DNA from: Eledone cirrhosa
Taxonomy: Eukaryota
Length of the DNA stretch: 64,000 bases
Reading direction: 5' to 3'
Assembly: GCA_964016885.1 (NCBI GenBank)
Contig: OZ024743.1
Span: 363,878,001-363,942,000 of the forward strand
The notes below the pieces were generated by a model that worked only from the letters and a program-made list of their open reading frames with translations, was not told the DNA's origin and ran no database searches. Position numbers and translations under genes: made by a program. Shown here piece after piece: positions 54,565 to 64,000 of the stretch. Positions within the stretch are counted from its first letter, which is position 1, and each line of letters opens with the position of its first letter.

Positions 54565-54830
54565 TCATCAACACCGCCTCGCGCTCCTCCGGTCTGTCTA
54601 ACAGCAACGCCTGGCTCATTTTCATGCACTCATCATCAACCGGTACCCTTCTTGATGACGAGTGCACCCGCATCGGAGTGGCCCAACTTCTCGACCTCCG
54701 TGTGTGGAAGTCACACAATTGCAGGTGTGCAGTCATGGTTGAAAAGTTCGGTCAACACCCGTTTTCTTATAACCAAAATGCAGGTCATTTGCCTCGGTAC
54801 GTCGACTTGAACATGAGGTATAGCGACACG
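54565..54830 (+). pseudogene. CRE-like retrotransposon remnant (zinc-knuckle region)
   Basis: NAWL...SSTGTLLDDECTRIGVAQLLDLRVWKSHNCRCAVMVEKFGQHPFSY...AGHLPRY..LN. Confidence 0.7.
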
Positions 54831-54917
54831 TTCTCCGCTTCCGACTTTGTAGTTTCAACCACCAGGCAGCGGCATCTGTAGCGCGGGGGAGAGAAGGATA
54901 GTCAAATACCGGTATTT

Positions 54918-55110
54918 TTGGCACATGGCCAGCAATTATCCGAGTGCATTACTGGTACTTTATTTTATCGATCCCGTAAGGATGAAAGGTAAAGTTAACA
55001 TCAAATCCCGCCGAAGTCAACGTTGCCTTACATCCTTACGGGGTCGATAAAATAAAGTACCAGTAATGCACTGGGTAATTGCTGGCCTTGTGCCAAAAGT
55101 AGAAACAATT
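54918..55110. mobile_element. Two tRNA-SINE 3' halves in opposite orientation
   Basis: 54918-54997 reverse-complements 55017-55098. Confidence 0.8.
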
Positions 55111-55574
55111 ATATAATTGCCGTTTTCCTCCGCTAAATTGGGAGGGCATCCCGCCTGAAGAAAAAGCCCCGTGACTTGGAGTGGCTGATGCAGCAATGTC
55201 ATCGCCATATTTTCGCTGGTGCAGGTAATATATAACCCCTTAGATTGGGGTGTAGAGTCCACCACTATCCGCTTTCCATATTTAACTTTTTTCTCTTTCT
55301 TTTATATATATACATATCATTATATATTTAATAAAAAAAAAATTTTTTTTAATTTTCGCTCTCCATGGCTGAATACAATAAATGTAATCTGAATTTTTCG
55401 AATATGTTTCTGGGTGATACCCAGAAACATTAGTGTCTGCTGTTCTGTTTACATGCCAACACAAGAGCAAGAATGAAGAGTTCATTCTACTGACATGGCT
55501 ATAAAAGTGAGACTTGTTTGCATAATTGCAAACGAATCGAATGTTATTACTAATATTCGAAAAATTCAGATTAC

Positions 55575-55608
<34 letters not shown>

Positions 55609-55816
55609 GGCGACCTACGTAGGAAATCGTATTATCGTGAGCTCCGCAAAGGTTTGTTATTTCCGTTTGTTTAAAAATTGCCATTTATGGAAAATTTTAT
55701 TGTAAACTGTTTATAAGCACACATACATTGTTTTCCGAAAAGGACACCCAAAAAGATTGGGGCCTTGTGCCCAAAATTTTAACTTTTATTATTATCCAAA
55801 AATTTCTTTGAAAAAA

Positions 55817-57815
55817 ATGGCTAATTCCCCTCTGCACGAAGCAGCTGAAAGCCTTCCTCACAAAATAACACCTCACACCGACACCACCATTGTAAATGTT
55901 ACTACGTTTGCCAACACAAAAAAAAATATAAGCAGTAGCAATATTTTAAATTTGTCTCAGGCAGACATTCATTTCCCGCCATTACCAATGACTGCAGGTG
56001 TTAAACCCTCCACCACCACCACCACCGCAACAACCACCACCACCACCACCACCGCGACAACAGAAACAAAAGAAGAAAAAAATAAATTAACTCGTGACGT
56101 CGAAATGAAATCAAGCAAAATGGACTCTTCCCCACCAAAGACGACTGACGTCACAACCACCACAACTGAAAATAAAATTAATATTAACGATAGCAACAAC
56201 AACAACAATGACATTATAAAACCGACCCTCAGTTTCGCCATCGTAGCAAAACAATTCGAAGCGTTCACGGTAACCCAAGAAGATTTAGAAAATGCCAAAC
56301 AAATGGTAAAGAAAGATGGGTACAGGGTCAGCCTCACCCCCCCCCCCCCCCCCCCACCTAATAAAATGGAGCATCGGCGCCTGTGCACCGTGTCGTATAG
56401 AACAATAAATGCAAAATCGCGCCGAGTGGAACGGGCATCCGAGTCCCAAATCCAAAAAGCTTTGGGACATGTGTGGGCAAGAAAAACCCACATCAGACGT
56501 GGGCAAAAGTATGGAACCGTGGATGTGTTCTTTGAAACACCAGAGGAGGCTAGAGAACACTCCATGGCCCCATTAAAAAGTGACGACCTCACACTCGTCC
56601 CAAGCTATTGTGGCCAGAGACTCGTAAAGATCAGGGTGACCCACGTTCCACCGGCCATCGAAATTCCCTGGCTAATAGCAGCTGTCCTCACCGGCATCGA
56701 AGCCAACACGAAAATAATAGCAGTAGCAAAAGAAAAGCAGGAAAACTGGTCCGGATCTGGGATGGAGCTCCTGATCCAAGCGGACCAAAAAAGCATTGAG
56801 GAGATCCCAGAAGTAATAGACCTCACTGACGGCAGCCACCTCACGGTAATTGTCGAGGGCAGAAGACCTAGGTGTGTCGTTTGTGGTGAAGGAACCCACC
56901 TAAGGGCTTTCTGCCCTCAGGCTAAAAGGTTGAGGCCACCTCTCCTACCCACCCCAGTGACAAAACCATCAACACCACCAGTAGCAGAGATGGCAGCAAC
57001 AACTGTAGCAGCAACAACAGAAGCAACTATAACAGCAACAACCCCAGCAACAGTAGCAAAACCAACACCACTACCACCACCAGCAAAACCAACACCACCA
57101 CCACCCAACGCTTCAGAACTAGCACCAGCGCCTACACCCTCCACCACACCACAACCAAAACTAACGGCTGTGGAGGATTTTCCACTCCCCGGCCTATCAC
57201 AACTGGAGACAGATTGTGACGACGAGGAGTGGGAAACGATATCCGGAAGAAAAAAAAAGAAACCAAAAAAGAAAAAAATCTCTTCCTTCCCCCTCCAAAA
57301 ACAAAATACAGAGGGAAACAAATAAACTAAGAAACAAAAACGTTAGGACAGATATGCCACCATCCACACCAGCATCACCAACCCCATCAACCCAAACACC
57401 AACACCATCACCATCATTATCCCCAGCACCACCATCACCAACAACACAAAAGTCACCAAAATTCGAAACAGAAACAAACCCACAACAAACGCAAACAAAA
57501 CAAAACAACCAAAACGATACACACTACACAGCATTAAATTTGAACAACAAGCAATTATTACACTACATCCAACACAACACCAGCATCACAGAAAAAGACT
57601 ACACAACAACCCCAAAATTCACACCACCGCCACACATACAAATCACTCGCATCACACAGAAAACGTACATGACACTAAAACAAAAATTCCCCAAAGACAT
57701 CGGAGACTTCCGACAAGCACTCTCCAGGAGGATTTATAAGGACATCCTTCCTGAGGAGGCCACAAGCAGTGAAAAGAATGGAAAAGCCGTCCTTCCCCTA
57801 CGAGAAGTAAGATAA
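55817..57815 (+). CDS. Tx1 ORF1 (CCHC knuckle protein), one frameshift in the A-rich run near 57250-57280
   Basis: ORFs 55757-57325 and 57216-57815 are jointly colinear with copy 1 ORF1; CVVCGEGTHLRAFC. Confidence 0.8.
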
Positions 57816-57849
57816 GTGGTCTTTCCCATCTTTTCCACTCCTTTTCAAC

Positions 57850-60800
57850 ATGACCTCACTCAGAATAGGCAGCATAAATGCGCGTGGCTTGGGGTCGTCA
57901 TGGAAGCAGGGCCACCTGCTCAACGACCTCAGGTCACTAAACATAGATGTAGTGGCCATCAGCGAGACCAGAATCTCCGAAGCACAGGCTTTCGCACCGA
58001 TCTTCGGCGGCTACGATGTGTACGCATCTCCCAGCCGTCCGGGATCGGGGGGAGGAGTTGCTGTGCTTTTTCGGAGAGGTTTGGATCTTGCCATACGGGC
58101 CATCTTCCTGGACCCAGAAGGTAAGTTGGTGGTGCTGGACGTGACCAGCGGAGACGGGAAAGATTTCAGGTTAGTGGCCGTCTATGCCCCGACAGGAGCA
58201 GGGCGGCCTGATTTCTTCCGGCGTCTGGAGACCTTTCTTGGAACGTCCCGCTCTTTAGTGTTAGTGGGCGACTGGAACGGGATCTTAGATGCACGCTGGG
58301 ATTGTGTCGGATTAGTGGATAGGGAAGGAGGGTGCAAGAGTCTCACCAACCTGCTCAGACGTTTTGAACTGTCTGACAGGTACCGAATGGATTTCCCGAA
58401 TGTACCAATGTGGACTTGGACAAATCGCATAGGGTCATCCAGATCATATCTAGATAGAGTATTTTGTAGGGAAATAGATAGGTCTAGCATAGGCTGTCCA
58501 CAATTCAAGATAGTCAGCTACACGGACCACAAATTCGTGATCTGTGTGCTTGACTTAGATAGGCTTCATAGACGAGGACCCGGCTACTGGAAGCTAAACG
58601 CGTCCTTACCAGCGCGCAAGGCCTACAGAGACCGGATTAGCGAACTAGTTAAGCGGGCGTTGACGGGGGCCATCGTCAACAACAAGTGGTGGTTTGCTCT
58701 GAAAAGAGCAATTAGAATAGAGTCCATTAGGTTTAGTAAGACTTTAGCAATAGAGAAAAATAGAGCAGAGGGAGAATTAGTTAGAAAATTAGATGAGGCG
58801 CTTAGCAAAGGCATCGCGACCGACGTACTTGCGGCGAAATTGGCCCTTGACCAATTCTTCAATGCAAAGCACGAAGGCTGCGTTGTCAGAGCTAGGGTGC
58901 GTGCTCTCAGACACGAGGGGACGAAAGCCGTTCAATGGGCCCGAGTGGCGGAGGCGCGTCGTGGCAACAAAGCCACGATCCGGTCTTTGGTGGACCACGA
59001 CGGGCGCATGCTACTCGATCCCGGGCAAATGTGTGAAGCTTTTCAGCGACACTTCGCTCAACTGTTCGGGGGCAGTGGCGGGCCGGATCGAGGGATGGAC
59101 TTTAGTGTCTACCTCGACGGACTGCCGCGGCTTTCGGCCACTGAGGCGGAGTGTTGCGAAAAGCCGATAACAACCGCTGAAGTACGGGATGCAATGACTA
59201 GTTGCACAAGGGGCAAATCGCCTGGTTTGGATGGTCTGCCCTATGAACTTTACGTACAAATGCCAAACTTGTTCGGAGGCCTCTTGGCGGACGTCTACTG
59301 CAACTGGCAACAGAACGGGAGAATTCCCAGCTCTGTGAGCCGAGGAGCGGTGGCGCTGCTGAGAAAGGATCCGAACAAGGGGGATAACATAGATAATTTT
59401 AGGCCCATAACTCTGCTAAACACAGAGTTCAAGATTTTGGCCAAGGTGCTAGCAAAGAGGTTGGCGCTTGTCGTTGGTGGTCTGGTGGGAGAGGCACAGA
59501 CATGCGCCATTCCCGACAGATCCATCCACGACAACCTCCACCTCATGCGATACATCGTAGAGAGGGTAGCTAGGGAACCTGGCACGGGTGGGTCTTTGAT
59601 CAATTTAGATCAGTCGAAAGCCTTCGATAGGGTCGACCATCGTTACCTAGCGGCAGTCCTGAGGGCGGCTGGCTTTGGGCCCGTCTTCAGAGGCTGGATC
59701 GCTGCCATGCACAGCGACATCTGCTCTGTAGTGAGAGTGAACGGTCACCTTTCGGAACCGTTCAACATCATGCGCTCGGTCCGCCAAGGATGTCCCCTCT
59801 CGTCCCTATTGTACGTATTGACTCTCGAGCCATTACTGCACAAACTGGAGACGTTGAGGGGGGTCCCGCGCGAACTAGGATGCGGAAGATCCGTGTCAGC
59901 ATATGCCGACGATGTCACCGTAGTGGTGTCGAGCGCCAAACACATCGAGGCGATCGGCACTACACTAAGAGAATACGAAGCGGTGACAGGAGCAATGATC
60001 AACCAGGAAAAGTCAGTGGGCCTGCAGCTCGGCACCTGGAGAGGCAGGTCCATGCCGTCCAACAGCGTCGTCGGGCGCTGGACGGACGGACCGGTTAAAT
60101 TGCTAGGGGTCTGGTTCGGTCCAGACCTCCAGACGGACAAAAACTGGGACGAGGTGACGAGCAGGGTGGCTTCTCTCACCCAGAAATGGGCCGAGAGGAA
60201 GCTATCCCTGAAAGGTCGAGCGGAGGTGGCGAATGCGTACATCGCATCCGTCATCTACTACCGCCTGACCGTCGTACCTTGTCCTAAGCCCCGCCTGACT
60301 GCGCTGGAGCGTTTGCTCTTTCGCTTCTTGTGGAAGGGACGCGCTCCGATGTCAGGCGGTCCATCTGCTGTCAACACCCGCTACGTGGAGGGCTGGGCAT
60401 GCCGTGGCTGATGATGCGCAGACACGCGCTCAGGCTACGACATCTCCACCTCTTCCTCGACGGTGATCAGGTGTGGTCGCCGTTTGCAAGACACGTTTTT
60501 CCCCAGCTCGTCTCCTTGACGGAGCTGCAGTCCTGGGTCAAGCGAAGACCGAGAGGGAGCGCTTGGAGACTGGAATGTCTTCAGGCGCTCACAGCCCTCG
60601 ACCAATCGGGCAATGTGATCGGTGGAAACTCCACCTTGGCGTTCTATAGGGGATTAGTGGAGGGGAAGAGCGACGACGTACTTGGAGAAACTCTAGGCGT
60701 CGACGAAAATCAACTAGCCAATCTCTTCGGAAGGACTTTCGGGCCGGGGCCTATGGACAACTTCCAGAAATCCCTGGCCTGGCAGTGCTACCGAGGAGCT

Positions 60801-61268
60801 TTGCCAGTTCGGGATAAACTCTACAGGCATGGAGGTGCCGTCAGCCGGGCATGTCCGAGATGCGCGCAGGGCGACGAAACCGTCCTGCACGCACTCGTCC
60901 AGTGTCCGAGCATTGCTGACTTGTGGGTTTATGTCGAACACCTGCTGTCACGTGTAGGACCTATCCAGCTATCAGCTGAGTCCATCGTGAGGATTGCCCC
61001 GCCCCCTTCCTTTAGCCTGGAAGGGCAGGCAGTTTTTATCTGTCTGGTGGCCATGGCGAAAGAGATAGTATGGTGGACACGTTTGAAAGGGCTGAAGACG
61101 AGCACTTACCTCTTCGGTGATGCCCTGATTAACTTTTTCAAATTTCATTTGAAAAGGAAAATCAGGGTAGAGAGGGAAGTGCTCTCTTCCCAGCATTTTG
61201 TTGAAAGATGGGTGAGAGAAGCAAGTATGGCCCGAATGAATGGGCCTTCTCTGAGTATGTGTCTGTAA
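57850..61268 (+). CDS. Tx1 ORF2: AP endonuclease, reverse transcriptase, C-terminal zinc finger; 1-bp frameshift near 60350
   Basis: 853-aa ORF with APE and RT motifs (YADD) continuing into ORF 60330-61268 (GGLGMP, CPRC...ETVLHALVQC); copy 1 has the missing G (ATGGTCAGG). Confidence 0.92.
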
Positions 61269-61531
61269 ATTAAAGGTGGAAAACTGGGAGAGGGCACTTG
61301 CCCTGGTGGTCAGGGCCACTGTGGTCTTTTAATGGGCTTTCTCCACAAATGTCCCTTGGAAGTCTCCCCCCTATTGGGGAATTTTTTTTTTTTTTTTTTT
61401 TTTTTTTTCTTTGTTATTTTATTCCAACCTCTGTTTTTTTACACGCAGAAATGCCCATTTGTACCGTCCTGTATTGTCCTGTACTGTCCTTAATGTCTAC
61501 TTTATGTAAACCCTTGTGGTTAATAAAGAAA

Positions 61532-61575
<44 letters not shown>

Positions 61576-62655
61576 TTATATATATGTAGCTTTAAATAGA
61601 TTTCAAGCTATGAGAGCATAAGAACTGTCTATATGTTTATAAGAGGGAGTAAGGAGAAACAACCTCCGGGTGATGCCTCTGCATGAAAACTAAACAGGTT
61701 GGTGCTAACATAATGTAGTGTCTCGATTTAAAATAATAAATCAATCTTCCTAAGTATTTTGAAGTAAAACATACCAATTTCTGGATACCTGCAGATGAGC
61801 ACAGAAATGGAAATGTTCACTTATTGTTGCGAAACAGATTTGAGTTTTGAAATTTAAATTTGTCCGGGCATCACGGCTGTTGCCAATATGGATTTGTTTT
61901 TATTGATTTATTATTTTAAATCGAGACAGGCAAACTAATTTAATTGGTATTTTTCAATCTAGCTAACTTGGTCATTTGCAATACAAACACTTATATACTT
62001 GTATTAGTGTTTATCATATATTCATTTGTATATATATATATATATATTACTATATTTAGCTCTAGACTTAGCTATTGACCAGTTAATTTTATTGTTCATT
62101 TTTTGTCGATTCTATTAAATGATGAATAGCCCCTGTTTATTTTAACATGTCTATTGAGCACTCTTATTCGATATGTGTTTTTGCCACATTTTTCCGAATA
62201 TTTTTGCGGATATAAAGGTTATCTCCCTTGCTGAAATCCATGTGCGTATTTTTAGCCTGGGTCTTGTCTTTTCATCCATTCGGACGAAGCTCGTTGATGA
62301 AGTAACTCCAGTCCCCCGATTGCCTGTAAGTCTTATATTTTTATATGAGCTGATAGATGACGGTTTAAGGATTTACAGAAACCCAAGAAGCTAGATATTC
62401 CATCTCTCTAGTGGGTCCGGGTATGCATTTTACATTCATTTCATTTATTGATTTATTGATAATTTATCTGAGTGTCCCGAATCTTCCATATCGAACTTTT
62501 CGGTTATTTGGTTGATTGTAGACATATTCTACGTGTGACGGTATTTTAACGATAGTTATAGCTCTAATTTATTTGAATTATAGAGCCCTCTGCCGCTCAT
62601 CTCGAATTTTGTTTATCGTGAACTCGTGCGCCGATTTTTCGATACTCGATTATTC

Positions 62656-62723
<68 letters not shown>

Positions 62724-62727
<4 letters not shown>

Positions 62728-62916
62728 CCTGTTAGTTTTTGGTCACTTTGGTATTGTGTGTTACGTTTTGCTTACCACAATGTTCAATTTGTCAACCTAT
62801 TTAAACGTATGTTATTACTCTAAGGACCTACCCTTATTGAGTGCTTTGCTAACTCATTCATATTGTAGGTCGACTTTGCTTGCCCACAGCCAAAGATTCG
62901 ATTTGACTAAGCTTCC

Positions 62917-62920
<4 letters not shown>
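62724..62920 (+). repeat. Complete copy of the ~200-bp (TA)n-embedded repeat
   Basis: Matches 171-299 and 34443-35568. Confidence 0.85.
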
Positions 62921-62974
<54 letters not shown>

Positions 62975-63016
62975 TTCAAAATATTAATAAATGTAGACAT
63001 TTACTTAATCAAAATA

Positions 63017-63082
63017 TATTTTATTATATATATTTCGGAGGTACTGTGCTGTTTTTTCAGTACGTCCTCATCAGATAAAATA
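63017..63082 (-). ncRNA. Type I hammerhead ribozyme motif
   Basis: TATTTTAT-CTGATGA-GGACGTACTG...CAGTACCTCC-GAAA-TATAT-ATA-ATAAAATA; perfect 8-bp stem I. Confidence 0.8.
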
Positions 63083-63540
63083 CATACATTGTTGTATAAC
63101 ATACCTCAACTGTGCTGATGGTCCAATTCCAGTCTTGCTTAAATTTTGGTTATATATATATATGTGTTCGGAAAAGATTGTTTAGTAAAAACAGGAGTAA
63201 GCAGGAGAAAGCTCTCAACAATCGTTGTTTTAGTTACGATGGAGAATTTTATAAAAATAACAAAATAAGATGCTGAGGTTACATATATCGTTTAATCATA
63301 ATAATTTTTTCTACGGTTCTCCATGCAATCGAGACGTCCTTCATGCATTTGCTGTTGATTATGAGTACGGTTTCCTCAAATGAAGATCGATATATTTGAC
63401 ATGTCGCTGGCAGGAAAACACACATCCTAATGCCTGTGCGCCCAGCATACATGAGAACGGTTTCCTCAGATGAAGATCGATATATTTGATATGTCGCTGG
63501 CAGGAAAACACACTTTCTTTGCTTGAACTTTAATCTGTTA

Positions 63541-63620
<80 letters not shown>

Positions 63621-64000
63621 AAAACAAGATGGCGTAGGACAGAACAAAGGAGAGGCACAAAACCAAAGAAAAGAATCCCCAGTCACTGAAGAGGTCACAG
63701 AATGTGTGACAAAAGAACTTTGACAATATATGAACAACCGTCCGGTTGTGGAACCAACCAACCAGCTAACCGGAAATTTATAAATTCTTAAATTTATAAA
63801 TTTAATTTATAATAAAATGGAGTGAAAGCGACTGATGCGTGTGTTTCTTATTGACCCTCCTCCCAAAGCATAACAATATCGATTTCAACACACGTTTTCA
63901 GATAAAGAATCTTGCTAAACAAATTCAGAAACGAAATATATATATATATATAGATAATTTAATATATCTACTAACATAAGCGCACAGATGTACGCTAATG

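Larger units (their letters stand above)
55609..61533 (+). mobile_element. Full-length, nearly intact Tx1-clade retrotransposon copy 2 in (TTA)n
   Basis: (TTA)n at 55577-55608 and 61534-61576; ORF1, 34-nt spacer, ORF2, 3'UTR with AATAAA. Confidence 0.92.

Noticed and set aside
55377-55581. 27-bp inverted repeats upstream of Tx1 copy 2 as element termini
   Set aside because: They lie outside the TTA-bounded element, are absent from copy 1 and show no TSD
57240-57290. Programmed ribosomal frameshift in ORF1
   Set aside because: Copy 1 is in frame across the equivalent region and shifts elsewhere; a homopolymer indel is more likely
62170-62650. Possible chromodomain/integrase remnant on the minus strand
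   Set aside because: Only vague similarity with many stops

Overview
Eukaryotic, repeat-saturated, apparently gene-free window. An octopod cephalopod origin is inferred from the tRNA-derived SINE sequences and microsatellite load; this is not proven. No host protein-coding exon could be supported, and most predicted ORFs are microsatellite artefacts or antisense shadows. The real content is a community of retroelements, each tied to a particular simple repeat. (1) Two R4/Dong-like families (RT plus restriction-like endonuclease; called A and B here) and a 150-bp non-coding unit form two same-orientation arrays (about 11.9-19.0 kb and 38.7-49.1 kb). Every unit in these arrays ends in (TACA)n. 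(2) Two roughly 6-kb Tx1-clade elements (21.5-27.5 kb minus, 55.6-61.5 kb plus) sit in (TTA)n. They share a near-identical ORF2 but carry strongly diverged ORF1/5'UTR modules, and one lies tail-to-tail with a classical (TAA)n-ending Dong element. (3) Penelope-like (Naiad-type GIY-YIG) remnants and at least six minimal hammerhead ribozyme motifs lie among (TA)n tracts with long inverted repeats. Also present are RTE, HERO-like, CRE-like, L2/CR1-like and hAT remnants, tRNA-derived SINEs and a 44-bp satellite. All family assignments come from motif recognition by eye, not database searches.
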